Shown piece by piece: positions 1-9,320 of a stretch of DNA of 64,000 nucleotides. The notes beneath the pieces are model-generated. The model was given only the letters and a program-made list of their open reading frames with translations, had not been told where the DNA came from and did no database searches. Position 1 is the stretch's first letter. Every line of letters begins with the position of its first letter. The stretch spans positions 2,976,001 through 3,040,000 of the forward strand of contig OZ245006.1 of assembly GCA_965223545.1 (NCBI GenBank), written 5' to 3'. The translations under genes and the position numbers were made by a program. This stretch comes from Planctomycetota bacterium. GTDB taxonomy: Bacteria > Planctomycetota > UBA1135 > UBA2386.

Positions 1-17
1 CCGATGTCGAGTTCTTC

Positions 18-1139
18 ATGCGCGACGGCCAGGCCGTGGCCACCCTCATCGCGCCCCACCGCACATCGATCGAGGACATCGTCGACGGCCCGCACGTGTT
101 CTGGCGAGAGGATGGCGCCGAAGCGTGGTCATTTGGCGACGGTGAGGTCCGCCGGCAGCGACTCGCGCCGCGAGACGACGGCCACGTGCTCCAGCTGAAC
201 GGCAGTCCGGAGGGGACCGTGCGCGTCACACCGGCGCCGCCGGCGGTGCCGGATTGGTCGTACTCCGCGCCTGGCAAGCTCCTGGCCGTCAGCGATCTCG
301 AGGGGAACCACGACGCGCTGCGCGCGTTCTTGGCCGGCAACGGGGTGATCGACGAGGATGGCCACTGGGCGTTCGGCGACGGCCACCTGCTGTTCAATGG
401 CGACACCTTCGACCGCGGCGCGCAGGTGACCGAAACGCTCTGGCTAGTGCTCCGGCTCGAGCGCGAAGCGCTGGCCGCGGGTGGACGTGTCCACTACGTG
501 CTGGGCAACCACGAGGTCATGGTGATGGGGGGCGATCTGCGCTACATCCACCGGCGCTACCGCATGCTGTGCCGGCGCTATGGGGTCCGCTACGACGCGT
601 TGTACGGCGCCGACAGTCATGTCGGGCGGTGGCTGCGCACGCGCAACACGATCATCCGCATCGGCCGGCTTCTGTTCGTGCACGCCGGCTACTCACCCGC
701 GGTCGATCGCTTGCAGCTGTCGCCCGGCGACATCAACACGGCGATCCGCAGCACCCTCGGTCGGTCGCGGGCCCAGGCCACGAACCTCGCCGAGAGCTTG
801 AGCTGGAGTCGCCCCGGACCCCTTTGGTACCGCGGCTACTTTCCCGAACACGCGGACGAGTTCGGCGCCTTCCCGACCGACGCCGAGTTGACCGCAATGC
901 TCGAACGCCACGAGATCGACCACATCGTCGTCGGCCACACCCTGGTGCCGGACGTCGGCTGGCTCGATCGAGGCCGCAGACTCATCGGCATCGACGTCCC
1001 CTGGGCATCGCCGGGCGAAGCAGAAGGGCTGCTGTACACCGCGGACGGGCTGTGGCGGATCGATGCTCGTGGAGTCCGCAGAGAGCTTGCCGTGGTCGGC
1101 ACTGCTGGCAGCCTGTCCCGGTCCAAGGAGTCGGGATAG
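18..1139 (+). CDS. Metallophosphoesterase (calcineurin-like, Shewanella-like phosphatase type), probably 5'-truncated by the window edge
   Basis: Motifs SDLEG, GDTFDRG, GNHE, HAG, GPLWYRG and VGHT are present. The frame is open upstream to the window start. Confidence 0.85.
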   Translation: MRDGQAVATLIAPHRTSIEDIVDGPHVFWREDGAEAWSFGDGEVRRQRLAPRDDGHVLQLNGSPEGTVRVTPAPPAVPDWSYSAPGKLLAVSDLEGNHDALRAFLAGNGVIDEDGHWAFGDGHLLFNGDTFDRGAQVTETLWLVLRLEREALAAGGRVHYVLGNHEVMVMGGDLRYIHRRYRMLCRRYGVRYDALYGADSHVGRWLRTRNTIIRIGRLLFVHAGYSPAVDRLQLSPGDINTAIRSTLGRSRAQATNLAESLSWSRPGPLWYRGYFPEHADEFGAFPTDAELTAMLERHEIDHIVVGHTLVPDVGWLDRGRRLIGIDVPWASPGEAEGLLYTADGLWRIDARGVRRELAVVGTAGSLSRSKESG

Positions 1140-1150
1140 CATCCCCAGCG

Positions 1151-2236
1151 ATGCCGTCGACCACCGCCGACCGCGCGCGCTGGGGGCGCGAGCTCGCCCT
1201 GTGGTGGGACTACTACAACACGCTGTACGCTGAGGGTCGCATGCGGCCGCCGGTCGTGCGGGTGTCGGTAGTTGCGACGGAACATCTCGGCACCTGGCAA
1301 GCGTCGACGCGGACGCTGACCATCGCCGCGACGCACATCGAATCCGCATCCTGGATGCAGGTCATGGAGACGCTGCGCCACGAGATGGCGCATCAGTACG
1401 CCGACGAGGTCCTCGGCGCCGCGGACGAGACGCCGCACGGCCCGTCGTTTCGACGGGCGGCCGCGATCCTGCGCGCGGATTCCAGCGCGGCGGACGCCGG
1501 CCAACCGTCATCCTACGCCGCAATGTCGGGTGAGACGGCGCCGTCGCGCATCGCGCGGCGTGTGCAGAAGCTGCTGTCGCTGGGCGACAGCCCAAACCAA
1601 AACGAAGCCGAAGCCGCCCTCGCCAAGGCCCGCGAGCTGCTGCTCCGCTACAACGTCGACACGGTCGCGGACGGCGACCCCGCGGCGTACGGCGTGCGCT
1701 GGCTCGGACCGGTCAAGCAGCGCCATCCGCTGTGGGAGCAGCTCCTTGCCGGGTTGCTCGCCGAGTTCTTCTTCGTGCAGGTGATTTGGGTGCACACCTA
1801 CGACGCGCGGCGACAGACGAGCGGCTCGGTTCTCGAGATGGCGGGCACCGAGAGCAATCTGCAGATGGCCGACTACGTCTACGGCTACCTCACGCACGTC
1901 GTCGAGCAGCTCTGGAACGAGTACCGCGCACGGCGCGGGTTGCGCGGCAACCGCGAGCGCATGCGCTTCTACGCCGGGGTGCTGCGTGGCTTCGCCGAAA
2001 CCATGCGCGCGCGCGATCGCAGCCTGCGCACCGAGCATGCCCTGGTTTGGCGCGGCGACGGCGCACTCACCGCGTGGCTCCGCCGCCGGCACCCGCACAC
2101 GCGCACCGGATCGGTCGGGGCGACCACGGCGACGCAGGCCTACCGAGACGGAGTCGAGCAGGGGCGCAAGGTCGAGCTGCGCCGCCCGCTGCGCGGCGAC
2201 GGCGACTCCCGCATCGCGGGCTATCTCGGCGGCTGA
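1151..2236 (+). CDS. SprT-like zinc metalloprotease domain + DUF2786 domain protein
   Basis: ATG at 1151. HEMAH (HExxH) is followed by HGPSF, then the DUF2786-like segment RVQKLLSLGDSPNQNEAEAALAKARELL. The upstream part of the 254..2236 ORF overlaps the phosphatase and is spurious. Confidence 0.8.
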   Translation: MPSTTADRARWGRELALWWDYYNTLYAEGRMRPPVVRVSVVATEHLGTWQASTRTLTIAATHIESASWMQVMETLRHEMAHQYADEVLGAADETPHGPSFRRAAAILRADSSAADAGQPSSYAAMSGETAPSRIARRVQKLLSLGDSPNQNEAEAALAKARELLLRYNVDTVADGDPAAYGVRWLGPVKQRHPLWEQLLAGLLAEFFFVQVIWVHTYDARRQTSGSVLEMAGTESNLQMADYVYGYLTHVVEQLWNEYRARRGLRGNRERMRFYAGVLRGFAETMRARDRSLRTEHALVWRGDGALTAWLRRRHPHTRTGSVGATTATQAYRDGVEQGRKVELRRPLRGDGDSRIAGYLGG

Positions 2237-2303
2237 AGCGGGGACGCCCCCCCGCGCGGGTGACCCTGGAACCCTTGGCGCCGGTCCGGCATTGTTCGCA
2301 CGC

Positions 2304-3071
2304 ATGCGAGAACGCGTTCTGCTCACCGGAGCGTCGTCGGGCATCGGACTGGAGCTCGCCAAGTGCTTTGCCGCCGAGGGCTGTGACGTCGTGATCGTCG
2401 CGCGTCGCGCCGAGCGGTTGCTGTGGCTGGCCGAGGAGCTAAAGGGCAGCTACGGCGTCGACGCGACCGTGTTGACCGAAGACCTCGCCGACCGCGAGGC
2501 GCCCGCCCGGCTCGCCGCCGCCCTCGAGTCGCAGGACAAGCCGATCGACGTCGTCGTCAACAACGCCGGCTTCGGCATGCGCGGCCGATTCCACGAGCTC
2601 AGCCTCGATCGGCAGCTGGCCATGCTGCAGCTGAACATCACCTCGCTCGTCGAGCTCACCCACCGGCTGTTGGCGGGGATCCACAGTCGAGGCCGCGGCG
2701 GCGTGCTCAACGTGGCCTCCACTGCGGCGTTTCAGCCAGGTCCGAACATGGCGGTCTACTACGCCAGCAAGGCGTTCGTGCTGTCGTTCACCGAAGCGGT
2801 GCGCGAAGGGCTGCGCGACAGCGGCCTGCACATCTGCTGCCTCTGCCCCGGTCCGACGAAGAGCGAGTTCGCCGAGCTCGCCGACATGGACGACAGCAGA
2901 CTCTTCCGGCGCGGGGCGATGACCGCCGCGGACGTCGCCCGCGCCGGCCACCGGGGCTACCGCGCAAACCGAGCCGTGACCGTGCCCGGGCTCGCCAACA
3001 AGCTCGGCGCGCAGGCGTCGCGGCTGTTGCCCCGCGCGCTCATGCGACGGCTCGTCGCCCGGCTGCAGTGA
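2304..3071 (+). CDS. Short-chain dehydrogenase/reductase (SDR, DltE-like)
   Basis: TGASSGIG, NNAG and YYASK catalytic motif; ATG at 2304. Confidence 0.9.
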   Translation: MRERVLLTGASSGIGLELAKCFAAEGCDVVIVARRAERLLWLAEELKGSYGVDATVLTEDLADREAPARLAAALESQDKPIDVVVNNAGFGMRGRFHELSLDRQLAMLQLNITSLVELTHRLLAGIHSRGRGGVLNVASTAAFQPGPNMAVYYASKAFVLSFTEAVREGLRDSGLHICCLCPGPTKSEFAELADMDDSRLFRRGAMTAADVARAGHRGYRANRAVTVPGLANKLGAQASRLLPRALMRRLVARLQ

Positions 3072-3091
3072 CCGGGCGCCGAGCGCTTTGC

Positions 3092-4660
3092 TCAGCGGTA
3101 GTACACGCTGGTCGTGTCCAGAGCCGCGGCACCGGTGGTGGCACCGCCGAACAAGAACAGCTCGCCCTGCGGCGACTCCCACGGGCCGTAGGCGTTGGTC
3201 GCGACCGGGATGTTCGGGCCCGGCGTCCACAGCCCGGTGGCCGGATCCCAGATCTCGGTCGAAGCGAGCGGGTTGAGGACGATGAGGTCGCCGTTGGCAC
3301 CACCGACGGCGATCGCGTTGCCACCGGCCGCATCGAACGAGAAGTGGAAGGCCCGCTCCGTGGCCATCGAATTGGTCATCGTCCACTGCCCGGTCGCGAT
3401 GTCGTAGACCTCGGCCGTCTTGGTGACGCGACCGTTGGGGTTGGCCTGGTCGATGAGGTCTCCGCCGCCGTTGACCAGCACGCTGTTGCCGACCTTGTGC
3501 GCGCCGAACGCCGCGCGCGGCACGTTCATCGAGTTGGTCGGCGTGAACGTGTTCGCCACCTCGTCATAGATCTCACACACGGGGTAGACGAGCGGGATCA
3601 CCCCGAAGGTGGGGTGCACGAACGGCCCGACGCCACCAGCGACCAAGTGCTTGCCGCCACCGAGGTCCACGGTCTCGAACGTCGCCCGCGGCACCGCCAT
3701 GTTGGGGCCAGGGCTCCAGGTGTTGGTCACCGGATCGTAGATCTCGGTGGTGTTGGTCGCCGACGTCAAGATCGTCGCAATCGTGCCGATGGTCGTGTGG
3801 GTGAAGCCACCCATCACGATCACCGTGCCATCAGGGCGCTTGATCCGCCGATATGCCGCGCGCGGCGTGCTCATCGACGCCACCGGGGCGAACTGCTCGG
3901 TCACCGGGTCGTAGGTCTCGGCGCTCGCCTGTGCGACCTGACCGAGGCCGAGGCCGCCCGCCAGCAGATAGCGTCCATCATCGAGCTTCTGCGCCCGATA
4001 CAACGACCGCGCCGCGCTCATCACCGTGATGGGCATGGTCCAAGTCCGGGTCACCGGATCGAAGCGCTCGATCGTGTCGGTGGTCACCTGGGCCAACACG
4101 GGCCCCTGACCACCGCCGGCCAGCGTGATCGAGCCGTCGGCATTCTCGAGGGGCTCGGCGAAACTCCGGGCCAGGGTCAGGGTGGCAGCGCTGAGGAACG
4201 AGTTGGCCGCGGCAAAGCGAATGGCGACGCCGTTGCTGATGTTGTTCACCAGGAAGCCAGGGCTGCCGGATCCGGGAAAGTCCACGCCCTGGAAGTAGAG
4301 CGTGCGACCGATGAACGACGCGTTCGCGGTCGGCACCGCCGGCGTGACGAAGTTGTTGTTGGGCGGCAGATACACACCCACCAGAGAGAAGCCGAGCGAC
4401 TCGGTGCCGACGCGCAGTGAGCGCGGATCGTTGGGATCGACGATCGACAACGGGGTCGGCCCCGCCGAGATGCTCAACAACACTGCGCAAGGCGAACCGA
4501 CGATGCCCGTCCCCAGCTGGAAACTGATCGATCCGGGCACCGACCCCGCGGTGCCCGACGGAATGCCGCTCGGTGCGATCAGCCGCGTTTGGCCCACTGC
4601 GGAAGCAGCAACCAGCGACGCGACCAGGACTAGGGAGGTGGGGCGTGCGAGACAGAGCAT
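3092..4660 (-). CDS. Secreted kelch-repeat (beta-propeller) protein
   Basis: Signal peptide MLCLARPTSLVLVASLVAASAVGQ, then about 6 kelch repeats (R...GG...E.YDP...W). Confidence 0.8.
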   Translation of the reverse strand: MLCLARPTSLVLVASLVAASAVGQTRLIAPSGIPSGTAGSVPGSISFQLGTGIVGSPCAVLLSISAGPTPLSIVDPNDPRSLRVGTESLGFSLVGVYLPPNNNFVTPAVPTANASFIGRTLYFQGVDFPGSGSPGFLVNNISNGVAIRFAAANSFLSAATLTLARSFAEPLENADGSITLAGGGQGPVLAQVTTDTIERFDPVTRTWTMPITVMSAARSLYRAQKLDDGRYLLAGGLGLGQVAQASAETYDPVTEQFAPVASMSTPRAAYRRIKRPDGTVIVMGGFTHTTIGTIATILTSATNTTEIYDPVTNTWSPGPNMAVPRATFETVDLGGGKHLVAGGVGPFVHPTFGVIPLVYPVCEIYDEVANTFTPTNSMNVPRAAFGAHKVGNSVLVNGGGDLIDQANPNGRVTKTAEVYDIATGQWTMTNSMATERAFHFSFDAAGGNAIAVGGANGDLIVLNPLASTEIWDPATGLWTPGPNIPVATNAYGPWESPQGELFLFGGATTGAAALDTTSVYYR

Positions 4661-4824
4661 GGAAATCCTTCGCTGAGCTTGGGAGCGGGACCGGAGAATG
4701 TGGCCGGCCCACTCGGCGGGGATTCTATGAGAACCAGGTCCCGAAGTGGGGCGGGGAGCGGCCGCCAACGGTTTCGGCCACCCGCTGTGTTGGCCGGGAA
4801 TCCCTGGCGCCGTAAAAGGCCGGC

Positions 4825-5634
4825 ATGCACATCGCGATCGTCGGCTGCGGCAAGCTCGGAGAGGCCATTCTCGGTGGCCTGCTCGCCTCCGGACGCGTCC
4901 CGGCTCAGGCCATCACCGCGACCACCCGGCGGGCCGAGCACGCCGAGCAGCTCGCCCGCCGCCACGGGGTCGCGACCACGACCGACAACCGCGCGGCCGT
5001 TGCCGGCGCCGACCTCGTCGTGGTCGCGGTCAAACCCGCGCGCGCCCGCACCCTGCTGCCGGAGCTCGCCGACGCACTCGACGGCAAGCTGGTCGTCTCC
5101 ACGTGCGCCGGGCTGCGCCTCGACGACTTGCGCGAATGGCTGCCGGGCAGCGACCTGGTGCGCGCCATGCCGAACACGCCCTGCACGATCCGGGAGGGCA
5201 TGACCGTGCTGACCGGTGGACCAGGAACGGACGAGAATCACATCGAGCGCGCGGCCACGATCTTCGAAGCCGTCGGCCGCTGCCTCGTGCTCGAGGAGCG
5301 CCACTTCGACGTGGTCACCGGCCTGTCGGGCAGCGGGCCCGCCTTCGCCTTCGTGATCCTCGAAGCCCTGGCCGACGGCGGCGTCATGATGGGCTTGCCG
5401 CGCGCCGCGGCCGTCGAGCTCGCGGCGCAGACCGTGCAGGGCGCCGCGCGGCTGGTGCTCGACAGCGGCCGGCATCCGGCCGCGCTGAAGGACGAGGTGA
5501 CGACTCCGGCCGGCTGCACCATCGCCGGCTTGCTGACCATGGAGGACGGCCGCATTCGCTCGACGCTGGCGCGCGCGATTCAGGAGGCGACACGCGTCGC
5601 GAGTGGCCTGGGCGACGACCCACCTTCGCGCTGA
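4825..5634 (+). CDS. proC: Pyrroline-5-carboxylate reductase
   Basis: GCGKLG, AVKP, RAMPNTP, GLSGSGPA and VTTPAGCT motifs. Confidence 0.95.
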   Translation: MHIAIVGCGKLGEAILGGLLASGRVPAQAITATTRRAEHAEQLARRHGVATTTDNRAAVAGADLVVVAVKPARARTLLPELADALDGKLVVSTCAGLRLDDLREWLPGSDLVRAMPNTPCTIREGMTVLTGGPGTDENHIERAATIFEAVGRCLVLEERHFDVVTGLSGSGPAFAFVILEALADGGVMMGLPRAAAVELAAQTVQGAARLVLDSGRHPAALKDEVTTPAGCTIAGLLTMEDGRIRSTLARAIQEATRVASGLGDDPPSR

Positions 5635-5650
5635 CGCGGCGGCCGTTTCG

Positions 5651-7117
5651 TCAGGCTGATTCCGCGACGTCGCGGTAGCGCTCCGCGGCGGCCGCCCACT
5701 CCTGACGATCCCCGGGTTCGAACTCCGAAGGCGGCGCGCTGGCGGCGACGAACGCGCGCGCGTCCTCGAGACTGTCGAAGCACCCGTCGGCGATGGCCTG
5801 CACGAGAATGTTGCCGGTCGCCGTCGCCTCGATCGGACCAGCGCGCACCGGCAGACCGCAAGCGCTCGCGGTCGCACGGTTGAGAAACTCGTTCTGCGCC
5901 CCGCCCCCGATGACGTGCACGCCGCGCACCGGCGCGCCGGTCGCACGCTCGAGCGCGGCGACGCTGGAGGCGTAGCGCATGGCCAGCGACTCCAACACGA
6001 CGCGCGCCACGGCAGGCTGATCGTCGGCATCCGGCGCCGGCTGTCCGCTCTCGCGCAGCGCCGCGCAGACCTCGTCCGCCATGTCCGGCGGGTGGAAGAA
6101 GCGGGGATCGTCGGGGTTGATGAAGCCGCGGAATCGCGGCGCCCGGTCGACTGCGCTCAGCAAAGCGGCGTAGTCCATCGCGCTGCCGCTCCTCTGCCAT
6201 CGCCGCCGGCACGATTCCAAGATCCACATCCCCATGACGTTGCGCAGCAGCCGGTTCGTGCCCCAAGCACCGGCCTCGTTGGTGAGGTTGTCCGCCGCGA
6301 CTGCTTCGCTCACCACAGGCGCCGCGGTCTCGACGCCGACCAGCGACCAAGTCCCCGAGCTGATGTAGGCCCAACCCGGCGACAGCGGGGTGCCAGCCAC
6401 GGCACTGGCCGTGTCGTGCGCGGCCGGAGCCACGACAGCGACGGCAGCCAACCCCAGGCGCGCGCTCAGCGCTTCGCGCAGCACGCCGAGCCGAGTACCC
6501 GGCTCGATTACCGGCGGCATCAGGGCCCGCGGCAGCCCGAGTGCTGCGAACAGCGCATCCGCCCATCGATCGGTCCCGGCTTCGAGCAGCTGGGTGGTCG
6601 ACGCGATGGTCCGCTCCGCGCTCACCGAGCCACACAACCAGTGATGGACGAGGTCCGGCATCAGCAGCAGGCGGCGCGCACCGGCCGGAAGCCCGCCACT
6701 GCGCTGATGGGCGAACAGCTGAAACAGCGTGTTGAACTGCTGCACCTGCACCCCGGTCTTGGCGAACACCTCCGCCCGCGAGACCTCGGCGAAGACGCGC
6801 TCGACGGCGGCGGCGTTACGCGCGTCGCGATAGCAGACCGGATCCTCGAGCAACCGATTGCGCGCATCCAACAGACCGTAATCGACGCCCCAAGTGTCGG
6901 CGCCGATGCTGCGCACCCGGCGGCCCCCGTCGGGCAGCCGGGCCAAGCCGGTTTCCACGCCGGCAAACAACGCCGCCATGTCCCAGCGCAGATGTCCATC
7001 GCGCTGCCGCGGCTCGTTGGCGAAGCGGTGCAAGACCTCGAGCTGCAGCCGCTCCTCGAGCCGCGCCAAGATGACGCGCCCGCTGCCGGCCCCCAAATCG
7101 ATGGCGACGTATTGCAT
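5651..7117 (-). CDS. rhaB: Rhamnulokinase (FGGY family)
   Basis: AIDLGAGSGR, DTWGVDY, YRDAR, HDTASA, SSGTWSL, TNE and GGG motifs; rha cluster context. Confidence 0.9.
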   Translation of the reverse strand: MQYVAIDLGAGSGRVILARLEERLQLEVLHRFANEPRQRDGHLRWDMAALFAGVETGLARLPDGGRRVRSIGADTWGVDYGLLDARNRLLEDPVCYRDARNAAAVERVFAEVSRAEVFAKTGVQVQQFNTLFQLFAHQRSGGLPAGARRLLLMPDLVHHWLCGSVSAERTIASTTQLLEAGTDRWADALFAALGLPRALMPPVIEPGTRLGVLREALSARLGLAAVAVVAPAAHDTASAVAGTPLSPGWAYISSGTWSLVGVETAAPVVSEAVAADNLTNEAGAWGTNRLLRNVMGMWILESCRRRWQRSGSAMDYAALLSAVDRAPRFRGFINPDDPRFFHPPDMADEVCAALRESGQPAPDADDQPAVARVVLESLAMRYASSVAALERATGAPVRGVHVIGGGAQNEFLNRATASACGLPVRAGPIEATATGNILVQAIADGCFDSLEDARAFVAASAPPSEFEPGDRQEWAAAAERYRDVAESA

Positions 7118-7183
7118 GGTGACGGGATCGTTCCACCGAAGCTACGGAATCGGAACCGATCGACGCAAACTGCGGCGCGCGGG

Positions 7184-7342
7184 CCCAGTGGTTTGAATCA
7201 GACAGAGGGGGCACTGTCCGAGAGGCAGCCGTGGTCGTCGCAAGGCGCTTCGCCGCAGGCATATCGGTGGATACGTCGAGGACGCCGCGACGGCCGCGGA
7301 TGGCTTCGGAGAATGCCGCAGATTTCTGCTTCACACCACTAG
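7184..7342. repeat. ~159 bp intergenic palindromic, MITE-like element with terminal inverted repeats
   Basis: CCAGTGGTTTGAATCAGA (7185-7202) vs TCTGCTTCACACCACTAG (7325-7342) is 15/18 complementary. Nested internal stems are present. The core at 7254-7281 matches the reverse complement of 59405-59432 at 23/28. Confidence 0.6.
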
Positions 7343-7352
7343 GATACGGCCG

Positions 7353-8894
7353 GTGCAAAACGAAGAACGGCTCGTCGACCGCGTTCTTCAGCTCGCGTCG
7401 CTGTGGGTGATCACCCTGCTGATGCTGCAGGGCTTCCGCCAGGTACTGGACCTGCACGTCGGCGACGAAGCGCACTTCTTGCAGTGTGCGAAGGACATGA
7501 TCGCCGGCGACCTCGCCGCCGGTCAGCTCGCATCGGGTGCGGTTCACATCGCCCTGTACGCGGTCCTGCTGGGCTTGGGCGCCGGGGGCGCCGAGGCGCA
7601 GGACGCGATGGTAGTGCTGGTCCACGGGCTGACCGCGACCGCGATCTGGTGGGCTTTGCGACCAATGCTGCGGCCGGCGACCGCCACGCTGGCCGCCGCC
7701 TGGTTCGCCGTCAGCTACCCTTGGCTGATCGCGCCGATCAAGCTCCACCTGCTCAGCGCGGCGCTCACCTTCGCGGCGGTCGGCACCGCGGCGCGCGGCC
7801 ACCGAATCGCGGCGCTGGCGATCCTGGCACTCGCCGCCTGCAACCGGCCGGAGCTGCTGTTCTGGTTGGCCGGCGCGGCGTTCTTGCTCGCGCTCCACGG
7901 CCACCGCGCAAAGGATGCCCGACTGCGACGGTGGAGCGTCGCGGTGTTCGCCGCCGCCTGCCTCGCCACGATCGGCTCGGCCAGCTGGGAACCCGCGCGC
8001 CAGCGCGCGTGGACGGTGTTCGGCATGCACTACGGGTTGGCGGATCCGCGGGCCATGGTCGCCGCCGCGGACGCTGGGGCGGCGCGCCGCCTCGCCGCCG
8101 CGTTTCCCGGTGCCGACAGCGTCGCCGAGGCCGCGATGGTCAACCCCGCTGCGATGGCGCGGCACGTCGGCAGCAACTTGCTGCAGGTCCCGCGCCACGT
8201 CATCGACGTGGTGGCGCACCCACTGGGTCACGCGCCGGTGGTTCATGGGATAGTCACGGCGTCGGCCGCCGCACTCGCCGTCATCGGCCTGCTGACGGTC
8301 GTTCTACGGCGAGGCGAGCGGCGGGAGTCACGAACCGAGGAGACGTTGCTCCCGATGGTCTTCATGACCACGGCCGCGCTCGCGCTGATTCCCCTGTTGG
8401 TGATCCGCCCGCGCGTCGAGTACTTGCTGGCGCTGACCCCGGGCGTGTTCTTCGGCCTGGGGACACTGGCGCGCCTCGGCTGGCGAACCATCGGTGCGAG
8501 CGCGAGCGGCCGGGACGCGACGGCCCGCGCGGCGATCCTCGCCACGGCGTTGGCCGCGGCCGTCGGCGGACCGTTCGTCACGCCGGCGACCGAGCGACCG
8601 CAGAGCCGGGCGCTGGTGAGCCTGCTGCGGCAGCATCCGCCGCCACCCGACGCCCTGCTGGCCGCGCCGGCGGCGGCCAGCCTGCGCGCGCTCGCCGACA
8701 CCGATGGGCCCGGGCTCGACACCGAGCTGTGGATGGCCGGATCACCGATCCCGCGCACCCCCGACTACGCGGTGCTCTCCAGCTGGGACTACGGCACGCC
8801 CCGCGCCGCCGCACTGCTGCGAGAGCTCGTCAGTGATCGCTGGCGAGTGGTCGCCGCCGAAACCGATTGTCTGCTGTTCGCGAGGCGCCGGTGA
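7353..8894 (+). CDS. Multi-pass membrane protein, possibly a GT-C fold (PMT/ArnT-like) glycosyltransferase
   Basis: Many hydrophobic segments; a GDE acidic motif in the loop after TM1; NRPE motif; soluble C-terminal tail. Confidence 0.55.
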   Translation: MQNEERLVDRVLQLASLWVITLLMLQGFRQVLDLHVGDEAHFLQCAKDMIAGDLAAGQLASGAVHIALYAVLLGLGAGGAEAQDAMVVLVHGLTATAIWWALRPMLRPATATLAAAWFAVSYPWLIAPIKLHLLSAALTFAAVGTAARGHRIAALAILALAACNRPELLFWLAGAAFLLALHGHRAKDARLRRWSVAVFAAACLATIGSASWEPARQRAWTVFGMHYGLADPRAMVAAADAGAARRLAAAFPGADSVAEAAMVNPAAMARHVGSNLLQVPRHVIDVVAHPLGHAPVVHGIVTASAAALAVIGLLTVVLRRGERRESRTEETLLPMVFMTTAALALIPLLVIRPRVEYLLALTPGVFFGLGTLARLGWRTIGASASGRDATARAAILATALAAAVGGPFVTPATERPQSRALVSLLRQHPPPPDALLAAPAAASLRALADTDGPGLDTELWMAGSPIPRTPDYAVLSSWDYGTPRAAALLRELVSDRWRVVAAETDCLLFARRR

Positions 8895-9292
8895 AGAGCA
8901 CGCTGGTTGCTTGGGCGGTGCTGGTCCTCGCGATGGCAACCGGCGTCTACCGCGCGCGGACCGCGGCACCCGGATCGACCGCCGCGATCCTGCGCGCGGG
9001 AAAGCTGCGCGACCCTGGCGCGGTCCCGGTTCTGCTCGAACGCCTCGCCGACCCGGCGGCCCGGCCGCACGCGCTCTGGGCGCTGGCGGAGATCGGCGAA
9101 AACGCGCGGGCCGCGATCGCCGGCATCTCCGCCTGGGCTCGTGCCTCCGACCCCATGACCCGCGTGCGGGTGGCAGTCGCGCTCTCCCGCATCGACGCCG
9201 GCGATCCGGTCGCCAAGGCCGCTCTCGCCCGGCTCGGCACCGATGCCAACCCGCTGGTGCGCGCCGTGGCCCGGGGCCTCGGCGGCGGCTGA
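8891..9292 (+). CDS. Small HEAT-repeat protein with N-terminal signal/anchor
   Basis: GTG overlaps the upstream TGA (GTGA). HEAT-like repeats: AVPVLLERLAD, ALWALAEIG, VRVAVALSRI, LVRAVA. Confidence 0.6.
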   Translation: MKSTLVAWAVLVLAMATGVYRARTAAPGSTAAILRAGKLRDPGAVPVLLERLADPAARPHALWALAEIGENARAAIAGISAWARASDPMTRVRVAVALSRIDAGDPVAKAALARLGTDANPLVRAVARGLGGG

Positions 9293-9320
9293 GCTCGGCC
9301 GCGCCCGCCGCGCAGTCTTC

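Noticed and set aside
254..1150. N-terminal extension of the 660-aa ORF
   Set aside because: Overlaps the phosphatase in another frame and is Arg-rich; the real gene starts at 1151.
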